Shown here: piece by piece, positions 1-10,301 of the stretch
How positions within the stretch are numbered: position 1 is the first letter of the stretch
Layout of the letters: each line of letters opens with the position of its first letter
Source of the DNA: Saprospiraceae bacterium
GTDB lineage: Bacteria; Bacteroidota; Bacteroidia; Chitinophagales; Saprospiraceae
NCBI GenBank assembly: GCA_020630475.1
Contig: JAHDBI010000001.1
Coordinates: 182,973 to 246,972, forward strand
Length of the DNA: 64,000 nucleotides
Direction of reading: 5' to 3'
The notes under the pieces: model-generated
The model's input: only the letters and a program-made list of their open reading frames with translations
Database searches by the model: none
Told to the model about the DNA's origin: nothing
Made by a program: the position numbers and the translations under genes

Positions 1-150
1 ACAGATTCGATAGGTTTTGAAAAACGAATAAAGGAGCTAAGGGAGAAATCAATAGGAATGAATGACATCAATTATTGTTTTCACAATAATCGATTTGAGG
101 AAAGTGAAATAAAAGGGAAAGGATTAAAAGCGCTTTTGAAAAAGCTTTAA
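1..150 (+). CDS. 3' end of an unidentified convergent gene (partial, runs off the window start)
   Basis: Frame +1 is open from base 1 to TAA at 148-150 (...KGKGLKALLKKL*). Its stop overlaps the stop of the minus-strand GT gene (TTAA at 147-150). No recognisable motif. Confidence 0.3.
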   Translation, partial: TDSIGFEKRIKELREKSIGMNDINYCFHNNRFEESEIKGKGLKALLKKL

Positions 151-1322
151 AGTTGTGATTCAACTTTGTAGGTACTGACTTGTGGCAATTGAACATATTT
201 GCTAAGTGAGGCCTTATATGCATCAATGACTTTTTGTTCGTCAAATTCTTTAATCATTTTCTTTCGACCGAGCTTACCCATAACGAGTTTATCCTGGTCA
301 TCTAAAAGAATAAATGATTCGATGGCATCTACTAAAGACTCTACGTTTTTTGGTTCGCACAAAAATCCATTCTTTCCATCGTCGACAATATCTCGACACC
401 CCACGTTGTCTGTGGTTATTATTGGGGTTTCCATGGATGCTGCTTCCATTAAAACTCGAGAAACACCTTCTCGATAAAAAGATGGAAAAACCAAACAATT
501 CGCTCTTTCTAAAAATGACCTAATATCCGTTGTCTCTCCCAAATAGTTAATGACCTTTTCTTTTTGCCATTTTCTAATGGTTTCGTAAGGAACTGAATTG
601 GGATTACCTTCATCGATAAAGCCTAATAATTCAAACTTTGCTTTTGGGAATTTTGCTTTAATAATTCTAGCAGCTTCTACATATTCATTTACGCCTTTAT
701 CCCAAATTAAACGTCCTGCAAACAAAAATCGTGGTGAAGCCGAAAATCGTTTTTCTTTTCTTGGTGTAAACCAAGCAGTATTAATCCCTTCACTTCTTAA
801 CAATCGAGTTTTCTTTTTAGAGACAATTCTTTTATAAATAAATACGTCGCGATCGTTATCGTTTAAGAACCAAACTTCTTTACTCAGAAAAGCGGCAATT
901 CTATATAAGGTAATAGAAGTTAGTCGAATGAAAATATTTTTGAAATCAAACAAGTGACCCAAGCCAGTGGTAATAATGATAGATGGAATTTTGCAAGAAA
1001 AGGCTGCAAAAGATCCAAAGATGTTTGGCTTGATGGTATAATGAAAAACAAAATCAGGCTTTACAGATCGATAAATTTTATTCAGTCGATATACAAGATT
1101 GAGATCGTCAAAGGGATTTGTTCCATAGTTGCGGATTCTAACTTCGCGATATTCAATACCGAGAGAAACCAATTTAGCACTGAAGTTATCACGAGGAGCA
1201 ATAACAACAACATTCACCCCTAGGGATTGTAGATACTGAATAAACCCCAGACGAAAATTGTACACACTCCAAGAGGTATTGGAGACTAAGGCAATCGTAA
1301 TATTACTGGGTTCTTTAGACAA
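147..1322 (-). CDS. Glycosyltransferase family 4 (GT-B, retaining type)
   Basis: 391 aa. C-terminal E-x7-E region 'FPSFYREGVSRVLMEAASMETPIITTD', then 'GKNGFL'. Last gene of the locus. Confidence 0.85.
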   Translation of the reverse strand: MSKEPSNITIALVSNTSWSVYNFRLGFIQYLQSLGVNVVVIAPRDNFSAKLVSLGIEYREVRIRNYGTNPFDDLNLVYRLNKIYRSVKPDFVFHYTIKPNIFGSFAAFSCKIPSIIITTGLGHLFDFKNIFIRLTSITLYRIAAFLSKEVWFLNDNDRDVFIYKRIVSKKKTRLLRSEGINTAWFTPRKEKRFSASPRFLFAGRLIWDKGVNEYVEAARIIKAKFPKAKFELLGFIDEGNPNSVPYETIRKWQKEKVINYLGETTDIRSFLERANCLVFPSFYREGVSRVLMEAASMETPIITTDNVGCRDIVDDGKNGFLCEPKNVESLVDAIESFILLDDQDKLVMGKLGRKKMIKEFDEQKVIDAYKASLSKYVQLPQVSTYKVESQL

Positions 1323-1323
1323 A

Positions 1324-2391
1324 CTAGAGATAATCCTTATTAGTAATTTCTTTAATTAAGCGCTTTATTTCTTGTTCTTCACTTTTAGGAATAACGATTA
1401 AAGCGTCTTTTTCGTCAACAATGATAAAATCTTTCAAACCTTTTAATACAAGAATTTTACCACTTTGCGTTCGAATAAAGGAGTTGTCTACACCTTCTAA
1501 GACGACATCTTCGGCCTGAACCACATTTTGTTGTTCATCTTTCTCTAGATAGTCATATAGAGAATTCCATGTACCTAAATCACTCCAACCAATATCGGCT
1601 GGAATAGTAAACACGTTTTTAGCTTTTTCTAGTATGGCGTAGTCAACAGAAATGCTCTCCGTTTTAGGATAGACTCTATCTATATATGTTTGTTCGGTAG
1701 GTGTATTAAAATGATGGGGCTCCTCGTTTAAAACATTTAATATATTAGGCGCGTTAGCCGCGAAAGAATCCATAATCGTTTTGGAACTCCAAACAAAAAT
1801 ACCTGCATTCCATAGATAGCTACCATTATCAAGATATTTTTGCGCTGTTTCTTTGTTAGGTTTTTCCTTAAATGAAACGACCTTTCTTATTTCATTTCCT
1901 TCAGAAGCGGTAGATTCAATATATCCGTATCCAGTATCAGGACGAGTAGGTTGTATTCCTAAGGTTACTATGGATGATTCGCTTTGCGCGAATTCGAAAG
2001 CCTGATTAATTCGATTTATGAATTCTGTTTCTTTTAGGATGACGTGATCGGAAGGTACAATAGCAAAAACGGCATCTTTATTACGTGCATTTAAATGTAA
2101 TGCGGTATAAGCAACACATGGTGCGGTATTGTTTCGTGAAGGTTCACAAAGGACATTAGAATCAGGAAGTTCAGGTAGTTCTTTTTTAACTAAGTCTCGA
2201 TATTGTTTATTGGTTACTATTAATACATTTTCATTGCCTACGATTTGAGCACTACGTTCGTAAGTAATTCTTAATAGTGATTTTCCAATCCCTAAAATAT
2301 CTAGAAATTGTTTTGGAAAGGTAGATCGGCTCGCAGGCCAAAAGCGGGATCCTACTCCTCCAGCCATGATGGCTATGTATTTATTTTTCAA
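1324..2391 (-). CDS. manC: Mannose-1-phosphate guanylyltransferase-type sugar-1-phosphate nucleotidyltransferase, no C-terminal isomerase/cupin domain
   Basis: 'IMAGGVGSRFWPASR' pyrophosphorylase signature. The ORF track starts at ATG 2451, which overlaps wecB by 52 nt. A TTG at 2391 gives 'MKNKYIAIMAGG...' and removes the overlap. ATG 2367 is a third option. Confidence 0.85.
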   Translation of the reverse strand: MKNKYIAIMAGGVGSRFWPASRSTFPKQFLDILGIGKSLLRITYERSAQIVGNENVLIVTNKQYRDLVKKELPELPDSNVLCEPSRNNTAPCVAYTALHLNARNKDAVFAIVPSDHVILKETEFINRINQAFEFAQSESSIVTLGIQPTRPDTGYGYIESTASEGNEIRKVVSFKEKPNKETAQKYLDNGSYLWNAGIFVWSSKTIMDSFAANAPNILNVLNEEPHHFNTPTEQTYIDRVYPKTESISVDYAILEKAKNVFTIPADIGWSDLGTWNSLYDYLEKDEQQNVVQAEDVVLEGVDNSFIRTQSGKILVLKGLKDFIIVDEKDALIVIPKSEEQEIKRLIKEITNKDYL

Positions 2392-2399
2392 TGTAAAAA

Positions 2400-3494
2400 T
2401 TATAGGTTTGAAATAATACTCACTATTCTTGGAGCTGTTGCTCCATCCCATTTATCTGGAATTCCTCCTATCTTCCAATTTCCTGAGGTAAGTTTTTGAA
2501 GAAACGGAACAATATTTTCTGGATTAGTACCAACGAGTTCATTCGTTCCTACAGTTATAGTTTCAGGTCGTTCTGTTGAGTTTCTCAAGGTCATACATGG
2601 AATTGATAATACGGTAGTTTCTTCGGTGATTCCTCCTGAATCAGTAATAACACCAGCAGAATTTTTTATGAGATAGATAAATTCCAAATAGGATAGCGGT
2701 CCAGTTATTATAAGGTTTTTAAAGTTCATTCCCAATTGATCGTACATCTTTTGGGTTCTAGGATGCATTGGAAAAACAACTCTACGATTACCAACATTTT
2801 GATTAATAATATCTAACAGACTTCGTAAACTTTCCATCCCATCTACATTCGAAGGTCTATGTAAGGTCATCACCAAATATTCTTTATTTGCTAGTTGCTT
2901 TTCGTTCCACAATGCTGGTTCGATCAATCTATTCAAATTTCCTAAAAGTGAATCTATCATTGTATTTCCTACGTAGAAAATCTTATCCGAGGAATGACCT
3001 AAAGCTTGAAGGTTTTCATTTGCAATAGTAGAAGTTGTAAAGAAATAATCCGTAATACTATCCGTGACCATCCTATTAATTTCTTCAGGCATTTTTTCAT
3101 CTCCACTTCTGATTCCTCCTTCTACGTGTGCAACCTTTATCCATTCTTTTTTTGCCACAATTGCACAGGCCATGGTCGAAGTTACATCTCCAACCACAAT
3201 GCAAAGTTGCGGTTTCCACTCTTTGATGGCTTCTTCATAACGCATCATTATATTAGCTGTTTGAAAAGCTGCGGTCCCAGAACCAACTCCAAGATTAATA
3301 TTGGGTTGAGGAATATTCAATTGTTCGAAAAAATCGTCACTCATCTTCTTATCATAATGCTGACCTGTATGTATTAAGCGATATTCGATTGATTCATTAG
3401 GATTGGATTCATTATGACTATGAATAGCATGTATGATAGGTCCTATTTTCATAAAATTAGGACGAGCTCCAGCGATAATGTCTATTTTTTTCAT
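2400..3494 (-). CDS. wecB: UDP-N-acetylglucosamine 2-epimerase, non-hydrolysing (WecB/WbpI type)
   Basis: 364 aa. 'IIAGARPNFMKIGPI', 'HTGQHYD', 'DSGGITEET'. Confidence 0.85.
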   Translation of the reverse strand: MKKIDIIAGARPNFMKIGPIIHAIHSHNESNPNESIEYRLIHTGQHYDKKMSDDFFEQLNIPQPNINLGVGSGTAAFQTANIMMRYEEAIKEWKPQLCIVVGDVTSTMACAIVAKKEWIKVAHVEGGIRSGDEKMPEEINRMVTDSITDYFFTTSTIANENLQALGHSSDKIFYVGNTMIDSLLGNLNRLIEPALWNEKQLANKEYLVMTLHRPSNVDGMESLRSLLDIINQNVGNRRVVFPMHPRTQKMYDQLGMNFKNLIITGPLSYLEFIYLIKNSAGVITDSGGITEETTVLSIPCMTLRNSTERPETITVGTNELVGTNPENIVPFLQKLTSGNWKIGGIPDKWDGATAPRIVSIISNL

Positions 3495-4168
3495 TTTATA
3501 AAATTACGCTTTGGTAGTTCTTTAAACCATGTATATAATATGTTACTTTCTGGAACTAACACTACCCAAGCGGTGATAATAATTATTTTAAGATCAGTCC
3601 AAAAACTTTGGTTTTTTTGATACCATTGTTCAAGTGCACCTTTATGAGGATAAATAGTGTTTTTATAAAAATCCCATGTGTCTCCACCCTTATCTCTAAC
3701 TTTTGTAATGAGTTCTTCCTCGTCTCGAAACACGATAGAACCTATTCCCGTAAGACCTGGCTTTACATTATATATTACCTTTTGGACTTCTTCAGGATAC
3801 GCATCAAAACTCTTTTGCATAACTGGGCGTGGCCCAACGACACTCATATGCCCAAATAAGATGTTTAGCAACTGAGGCAGTTCATTGATTTTCGACTTTC
3901 TTAAAAAGCCACCCATTGGAGTTATTCTAGGATCCTTTTTTGTAGTAATCAATCCTCCTTTCATGTTTGGACTATCTTTGAGCATAGTCGCGAATTTATA
4001 AATGTCAAATGGTTTGTTTTTAAGACCGACTCTTTCTTGAAAATAAAAGATATATCCTTCACCGGTCAACTTTAAACCAATTACAATAGGAATCAATAAA
4101 GGTGATAAAACTATAAGGGCTACAAGTGAAGAAAAAATATCGAAGAATCTTTTAATACTCAAATACAT
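3491..4168 (-). CDS. Initiating undecaprenyl-phosphate sugar-phosphate transferase (small PglC/WcfS-type bacterial sugar transferase)
   Basis: 225 aa. N-terminal re-entrant helix 'FFDIFSSLVALIVLSPLLIPIVI'. 'ELPQLLNILFGHMSVVGPRP' signature. Confidence 0.9.
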   Translation of the reverse strand: MYLSIKRFFDIFSSLVALIVLSPLLIPIVIGLKLTGEGYIFYFQERVGLKNKPFDIYKFATMLKDSPNMKGGLITTKKDPRITPMGGFLRKSKINELPQLLNILFGHMSVVGPRPVMQKSFDAYPEEVQKVIYNVKPGLTGIGSIVFRDEEELITKVRDKGGDTWDFYKNTIYPHKGALEQWYQKNQSFWTDLKIIIITAWVVLVPESNILYTWFKELPKRNFIK

Positions 4169-4170
4169 GA

Positions 4171-5379
4171 TTACATTTTCTGATCTAAACTTTTACCTGT
4201 TTCAATATGGCTAAAGTCAGGTATGTGTCTGTTTAAAAGCTCAATGATATCTGACTTCGATATTTCTTTTGAAAATAAATCTTTAAATTCATTCAAAAGC
4301 GAACCAATTGCTTCAAGTGATGGCTTATCTGCATTTTTGATCACATTGAGCTGGGAAAACGAATCAGTATCTACTATATCGCCCGACTCGTAAAATTCTT
4401 CGTACATTTTTTCACCTGAGGTATCTGATCCGAAAAAATAAACAGGATACTTTTTGTTTTCAATGGTCCAGTTAGATGCCATTTCTTTGGCTTCTTTTTC
4501 TGACGAACAATATTGACATTCCATCCCAAGTTCTTGAAGAAATTGCTCAGCTATAGACGAAAAAGTCATCATCTGATTTTCCTTTAAAGTAGGAAAGAAA
4601 ATGTCCCCCGAGTCACCAAGAATGCTTGCCAACATACAAAGTTGTCCAGACTCTAAAGGCGATACAAAATAACGCCTTACATCCGAAGGAGAAGATAAGG
4701 GTTGTCGCTTCATCATTCTATAAATGAAACCATCGAGAAGACTACCATTAGAAAATGCCACATTTGCAAATCGTGCTGTAGTGATTTTAATATTCTTAGA
4801 ATAGGCCATGAGAACTTTTTCCATTAGTTTTTTACTTGCACCCATTACGCTGACGGGGTTTGCAGCCTTGTCTGTAGAGACGGAAAAAAAATGGTTTGGT
4901 TTACTTTCGTTTATAAGATCAAGTAACCTGGCTGTATTGAATACATTGTTATTTACCATTGCCTCAATGGCTAAATGATCCTTTTCACTACGTACATGTT
5001 TATGCGCTGCAAAACAAGCAATAATATCAAAGTGTTTTGATTGAAGCAGTTTTGCAAAGATGTCCCCACCAAAATCAAATGGATAAGTAATATATTCTTG
5101 CGGCATTGGAATTTCATCGCTACTTCTTAAATCCCTAGTCACTTCTGTTAGACCATTTTCACTATAATCGACTACGGTTAATTTTCCGGGTAAAAAAGGC
5201 AATATTGCCTTTATGTAAGATGAACCTATTGTACCTGCGCCCCCAATAACAAGTACGGATTTTCCTTTAATTTCTTTAGAAAGCTCTTGTTTATTTGACT
5301 CAATATCCTTTGAAAACAAGCTTTCACTTCTCTTTGTAATATGTGTATCTATAAATTTAGGAACATTTAATAAGTGCAT
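4171..5379 (-). CDS. CapD/PglF-like nucleotide-sugar 4,6-dehydratase/epimerase (soluble, no N-terminal TM domain)
   Basis: 402 aa. Rossmann 'VLVIGGAGTIGSS'. 'SVSTDKAANPVSVMGASKKLME' matches the CapD-family STDKA...GA(S/T)K motif. Confidence 0.8.
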   Translation of the reverse strand: MHLLNVPKFIDTHITKRSESLFSKDIESNKQELSKEIKGKSVLVIGGAGTIGSSYIKAILPFLPGKLTVVDYSENGLTEVTRDLRSSDEIPMPQEYITYPFDFGGDIFAKLLQSKHFDIIACFAAHKHVRSEKDHLAIEAMVNNNVFNTARLLDLINESKPNHFFSVSTDKAANPVSVMGASKKLMEKVLMAYSKNIKITTARFANVAFSNGSLLDGFIYRMMKRQPLSSPSDVRRYFVSPLESGQLCMLASILGDSGDIFFPTLKENQMMTFSSIAEQFLQELGMECQYCSSEKEAKEMASNWTIENKKYPVYFFGSDTSGEKMYEEFYESGDIVDTDSFSQLNVIKNADKPSLEAIGSLLNEFKDLFSKEISKSDIIELLNRHIPDFSHIETGKSLDQKM

Positions 5380-5447
5380 TGTCCTTAAGTTTTCTAATTA
5401 GGTACTTGTATTTTTTTAAATAATCAAAGTTAATTTCACTTTGGGAT

Positions 5448-6602
5448 TTAATAGAAGGCATTAATTACTTTAATCACTTCTTCGACTTGTTGATCGGTTA
5501 AACTCGTAGAAGACGGGATGCTTATACATTGTTTATATACCTCGTTTGCTTTATCTCCTTCAGTAACATAAGGTACATCGTTAAACATTTCGAGTTGATT
5601 CATAGGCACCCAAAACGGTCTACATTGTACACCGTTGTTTAGTAAGTGCTTAATCATTGGACGTTGTTGTTTTACTTTCATTGTATGAAGCCAATTGTTT
5701 GGGATAACGTCCATGCCTACCTTTTGAAACGTTAAATCATCCGACTCTAAACCTTCTCGATAACGCCTGTCTATTTCCTTTTTTCGAATTAAAAAATCCG
5801 GTAGTTGTTCCATTTGCGCTACCCCAATTGCGGCAAGGATGTTGACTAACCTATAATTATATCCTATTTGGTCATGGTTATATTCAAAAGGATCAGTTTT
5901 AGCTTGAGTTGTAATATGCTTTGCTCTTTTAGCAAGACCCTCATCGTTTGTAACAATTACACCACCACCACCTGTACTAATAATTTTATTTCCATTAAAA
6001 CTAAATGTTCCAAATTGCCCAAATGTACCAGCGTGCCTTCCTTTATAATTCGACCCTAATGCTTCTGTAGAATCTTCTACCATTGTAATATGGTATTTTT
6101 TACAGATGCGGACTAAATGATCCATATCACACATATTACCTAATACGTGAACAGGTAATATTGCAGAAATAGGTTTATCATCTTTTTTATAAAAACTTAG
6201 AATTTCCTTTTCGCCAAATTCATTTAGACGTTCCTCTATATATGTGTTGTTGTCGAGGAAGTTTTCCAATAGATGGAGATCCATTTGCCAAGTTTCTTCA
6301 TCAACGTCAATTAAAAGAGGAGTTGCACCAGTATAAGCAACCGAGTTACAGCTTGCTATAAAAGTAATGTTGGGAACAATAACGTAATCTCCTTGTACTA
6401 CACCAGACAATTCTAGTGCAATATGAAGTGCGGCAGTTCCATTCATAGCTGCCACTCCAAATTTGGCACCAGCAAAATCTGCCACCATATTTTCAAACTG
6501 AGTAACGTAACTACCGACAGAAGAAACCCAGCCGGTGTCTAAACAGTCCTTAACATATTTCCATTCGTTACCTGCAATGTTTGGAATAGATAATGGGATC
6601 AT
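5448..6602 (-). CDS. DegT/DnrJ/EryC1/StrS-family PLP aminotransferase (PglE/LegC-like)
   Basis: 384 aa. 'LSIPNIAGNEWKYVKDCLDTGWVSS'. PLP-lysine region 'FSFNGNKIISTGGGG'. Confidence 0.9.
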   Translation of the reverse strand: MIPLSIPNIAGNEWKYVKDCLDTGWVSSVGSYVTQFENMVADFAGAKFGVAAMNGTAALHIALELSGVVQGDYVIVPNITFIASCNSVAYTGATPLLIDVDEETWQMDLHLLENFLDNNTYIEERLNEFGEKEILSFYKKDDKPISAILPVHVLGNMCDMDHLVRICKKYHITMVEDSTEALGSNYKGRHAGTFGQFGTFSFNGNKIISTGGGGVIVTNDEGLAKRAKHITTQAKTDPFEYNHDQIGYNYRLVNILAAIGVAQMEQLPDFLIRKKEIDRRYREGLESDDLTFQKVGMDVIPNNWLHTMKVKQQRPMIKHLLNNGVQCRPFWVPMNQLEMFNDVPYVTEGDKANEVYKQCISIPSSTSLTDQQVEEVIKVINAFY

Positions 6603-7228
6603 AGTTTTAATATTTTACCTGGATTACCAACAACAGTCGCATTGTCTGGTACGTCCTTTATTATGACTGATCCAGCTCCAATAGTTACATTATCTCCAAT
6701 GTTAATTCCTTCTTTTACTACAGCATTAGCTCCGACAAAAGAATTCTTACCAACGGAGATATTTCCGCATAAAACGGCACCAGGTGCTAAGTGCGAAAAC
6801 GCTTTTATTATATTTTCATGTTCGACCGTTGCATTAGTATTAATGATTACGCCGTCTTCGATGATTGTTTGAGGGTTGATCACTGCTCTAGCTGCAATCA
6901 ATACTCCATGACCTATTCGTGCTGATTTAGAAACAACACTACTTTTATGAATAGCATTAATAGGTTTTTTTCCTATGGATTCACTTATTTGTTTTATCAC
7001 GCTTTCGCGAATTTTATTATTTCCAATTCCAACGAAATAATTTAATTCTTTGAGTTTTCCAATAGCTCGTTCTTCTTTTTCAGATCCTAGGAATTCTAGC
7101 TTATAAGGATTGACATCTTTTAATACATTTTCACAATAGTATTTAATGGTCTTACCATGACTTTCAATAGCCTCAATACAAACATGAGCATGTCCAGAAT
7201 ATCCTACAATTATCATATTATTTAGCAA
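6599..7228 (-). CDS. NeuD/PglD-family sugar N-acetyltransferase (left-handed beta-helix)
   Basis: 209 aa. N-terminal 'MIIVGYSGHAHVCIEAI' mini-Rossmann. C-terminal hexapeptide repeats '...GANAVVKEGINIGDNVTIGAGSVIIKDVP'. Confidence 0.85.
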   Translation of the reverse strand: MLNNMIIVGYSGHAHVCIEAIESHGKTIKYYCENVLKDVNPYKLEFLGSEKEERAIGKLKELNYFVGIGNNKIRESVIKQISESIGKKPINAIHKSSVVSKSARIGHGVLIAARAVINPQTIIEDGVIINTNATVEHENIIKAFSHLAPGAVLCGNISVGKNSFVGANAVVKEGINIGDNVTIGAGSVIIKDVPDNATVVGNPGKILKL

Positions 7229-8462
7229 TGGACTTTAAGTGTGAAACATAATCACTAGAGAGTTTATGTCTTGAGAAATGTTCTTGAGCATATGCATATC
7301 CGCTTTCACCCATTTTTTCTAGTTCATTTTTGTCAAGACTTAATAAGTGCAATATCTTTCTTTTAAAGTCTTCTGGATTTTCTGGTTCAACAAAAACGCC
7401 ACTTTTAGAGGTTTCAACAAGCTCTCTACTTACACCATCGATAGCCATTAATATAGGTTTCTTACAAGACATATAATCGAATGTTTTGTTAGAATATATT
7501 GTTTTGAACGTATCAACCTTTTTGAGAATCGAAGCTCCAAAGTCAGAAGCATTAATGTATTTAAATACTTCAGACTTAGGGACCATGCCTATAAATCGGA
7601 CATTTGTTAATTTAAGACGTTCGCATTCTTTTTCTAATTCAGGACGCTGCATACCATCTCCAATCATTAGAAATAATATTTCTGGATGAGATTCCTTTAA
7701 AAGTTCTGCTGTTTTAATAGCTTGAATTAAATGGTTTGCAACTCCATGCGCACCTACATACGTGATAATTGTTTTTCCCTCTAAATCATTTTCATTTTTA
7801 AAGGCTTCGACATCCATATCCTTAATAGATGCTTCACATAGGGTGAAATCAGCAGCGTTAGGAATAAAAATAATTTTATCTTTTGGCACCCCTTTTTCAA
7901 TCAATTTCGTTCTAAAAGCTGGAGTGAGTACATTGATGAGTTTCGCCCTTTTATAAATGAATTTTTCAAACCAATATGCAAAGCGAATAATAAACTTATT
8001 GTTTAAAACACCTGTATCGATAGCTGATTCAGGCCAGAGATCTCTAACTTCAAAAACATAGGGTAATCGTTTAAATAACGATAGAATGTAAGCTGTTATC
8101 GCAACAAACAAAGGAGGCGAGCTGACAAGGATAATATCGTATTTACCTTTAGCCTTAAATAAACCTGCCCAAATGCTAGAAAAAACAAAAGAAAAGTAAG
8201 CCCAAAGCCTTCCTATGAAATTCGAATTATAACTTTCGGACACATGACATCTGATTACATCTAATCCTGGTTCATATTCATCTCTAAGAAATATTTTTCC
8301 TTTATATCGATCTCTTTTCTTACCTGTTCCGTAATGAACCATTCCGGCTAAAACGGTAACGGTATGACCTTGATCTACCCAAAACTTGGTCATTTGATTA
8401 AATCTAGATCCACCTCCGTCGTCTTTTTCTAAAAACATCTGATGGATTAAAAGAATATTCAT
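7218..8462 (-). CDS. Glycosyltransferase family 4, WbuB-like
   Basis: 414 aa. 'MNILLIHQMFLEKDDGGGSRFNQMTKFWVDQGHTVTVL', typical of WbuB-type GT4 enzymes. Confidence 0.85.
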   Translation of the reverse strand: MNILLIHQMFLEKDDGGGSRFNQMTKFWVDQGHTVTVLAGMVHYGTGKKRDRYKGKIFLRDEYEPGLDVIRCHVSESYNSNFIGRLWAYFSFVFSSIWAGLFKAKGKYDIILVSSPPLFVAITAYILSLFKRLPYVFEVRDLWPESAIDTGVLNNKFIIRFAYWFEKFIYKRAKLINVLTPAFRTKLIEKGVPKDKIIFIPNAADFTLCEASIKDMDVEAFKNENDLEGKTIITYVGAHGVANHLIQAIKTAELLKESHPEILFLMIGDGMQRPELEKECERLKLTNVRFIGMVPKSEVFKYINASDFGASILKKVDTFKTIYSNKTFDYMSCKKPILMAIDGVSRELVETSKSGVFVEPENPEDFKRKILHLLSLDKNELEKMGESGYAYAQEHFSRHKLSSDYVSHLKSIAK

Positions 8463-8471
8463 TTTCTGTTT

Positions 8472-10301
8472 TTAATTATCAACACTTATTCTAAACCATG
8501 CTTCATGAGACTTAGGCCTTAAAGCTATACTTTTTCCATGTTCTTCTTTCATATAATTTGTAGAACGAGGTGACACTTCATACTCGATTAGCTCCGATGA
8601 TGTGAAATGAACATTATTTGTATCCTTACAAATTTGATCAATATGATAGTTTATTTGATAAGGTTCATTGGTATTGACCAAATCAGTTATGTGTATAAAA
8701 GCACTATTTAACATTATATTTCTTTGATGATGATTTCCTTTGAAGTCTTTATAACTTCCATTCCAAGACAAACCATCTTTAAGCTTTTTTATCTCACCGA
8801 TATGTTCTGCAGTGATCCATGAACCATTTAAGAAGCGACTAATTTTAGGCATTTGATTATGTTCTCCAAATTGAATGGTATTATGCGCACTCACACTTTT
8901 GTACCATTCCGATTTTTTATGGTTGTATGAATAGGTACCTGTGCCAATGACTACAGGTTTACCGTTGTACCAAATATCTATGTGAAATGCATCATTGTTT
9001 GGTCTAAAACTAGCTTCTGGAATTTTTAAAAAACAAGACAAGTTCTTGTTTCTTAGAAGTAAAATTTGATTGTCTAGAATTTCCGCAGCTTCCAAGGATA
9101 TATTGTATTTAGGCCATTGAAAAGATGTCGCTCCAAATCTCCAAAACAAAGACTCATCTACTCTTCTTGAATCGTATACTCTTTTTTGAAGAAGAGCTCC
9201 GAAAAAGGCCTGTGTAGAACCACGAAAATCCCTATATGTTAAAGTGTTTAAAGATTCAATTCTAGCTCCGTCATTACTACCATAATTAGGTCCATCCCCG
9301 TCTTTACCTAAAGTCATTTTATATTGCCATTGACCTAATTGTTCTAAACGCGAAATTATTTCATTTGGAAACAATGGTTGATCCATGAGTTTCATCATGT
9401 GGAGAGTAAAGGTCATAGTGTCTAATAAAACCCGATGATAAGTCATTGAACGTTGGGAAAAGGACCCCTGCGGCTGTACTAATCGACGAATTCTTTCTTC
9501 TAGAACCTTACGACCGTTGTTTTTCCAAGTAGATATTTCCTTAGAAATAAAGTTATTCTTTTCTAACCAAAGTCCGCCAATGTACAATGCTGCCGCTTCA
9601 CTAGTACCATGATTATTATCTTGGGCAATCGCATAGTTTATATTTGGATAAACCCTTTTTAAATGCTGATAAATCATAGATTTTAATTCAACAGTTGGGT
9701 CTAATAATTGGTCTAGAACGAAAGCAGTTGTGAGTAGTTTCATAATTCGAAATGAAGTTTCTTGTCCACATTTCCAATTAGGTCCAATGTTTAGAGGATT
9801 CTTCTCATTCCAGTCATTCAGCAATCGATTGATTCTTAATAAATATTTTTGATCGCCAGAACTTTTATAGGCTAGGCTCAAATCATATAACCAATCGAAT
9901 CGAGACAATTCCCAAATTATTTTTATATCTCCAATATTTAGATCGAAATCTGAGAAATTCAACCAATGCTTTTTATAATCGGTAATTTCAGTATCATGGA
10001 ATGGGTTATAAAACCAAGAAGGAATTTCGTTTAGCTTAAAAATATGTTCTGAAAAATATTTAAAATGTCCGAGCATAATTTGGTCAGCATTTTTAAATAT
10101 TTGTTTTTTCCATGATTCTTGAACGTCCGTTAATTTGTTGGATGGTTTAAATATATTTCCTGTAATTGTTTTGTCGGTTTTGAATTTGTATTTTCTAAAA
10201 CCCAAACGGATACTTGCCTTATACCAAAGTGCATAGAAAAAATTCCAATAGCCAATTTTTGGAATCAATTGAAAAATTAGAAGTAGTTTCTTAAAGGTCA
10301 A
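8472..10301 (-). CDS. Heparinase II/III-like (alginate-lyase-fold) protein of unknown biosynthetic role
   Basis: 609 aa. 'NNHGTSEAAALYIGG'. C-terminal 'DAFHIDIWYNGKPVVIGTGTYSY...SAHNTIQF' resembles the Hepar_II_III C-domain motif. No convincing signal peptide. Confidence 0.8.
   Translation of the reverse strand: MTFKKLLLIFQLIPKIGYWNFFYALWYKASIRLGFRKYKFKTDKTITGNIFKPSNKLTDVQESWKKQIFKNADQIMLGHFKYFSEHIFKLNEIPSWFYNPFHDTEITDYKKHWLNFSDFDLNIGDIKIIWELSRFDWLYDLSLAYKSSGDQKYLLRINRLLNDWNEKNPLNIGPNWKCGQETSFRIMKLLTTAFVLDQLLDPTVELKSMIYQHLKRVYPNINYAIAQDNNHGTSEAAALYIGGLWLEKNNFISKEISTWKNNGRKVLEERIRRLVQPQGSFSQRSMTYHRVLLDTMTFTLHMMKLMDQPLFPNEIISRLEQLGQWQYKMTLGKDGDGPNYGSNDGARIESLNTLTYRDFRGSTQAFFGALLQKRVYDSRRVDESLFWRFGATSFQWPKYNISLEAAEILDNQILLLRNKNLSCFLKIPEASFRPNNDAFHIDIWYNGKPVVIGTGTYSYNHKKSEWYKSVSAHNTIQFGEHNQMPKISRFLNGSWITAEHIGEIKKLKDGLSWNGSYKDFKGNHHQRNIMLNSAFIHITDLVNTNEPYQINYHIDQICKDTNNVHFTSSELIEYEVSPRSTNYMKEEHGKSIALRPKSHEAWFRISVDN

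Noticed and set aside
5380-5447. Internal promoter in the 68-bp AT-rich gap upstream of the CapD-like gene
   Set aside because: A TTTG is present, but I could not find a properly spaced Bacteroidetes-type TAnnTTTG -7 element. The AT-richness alone is uninformative.
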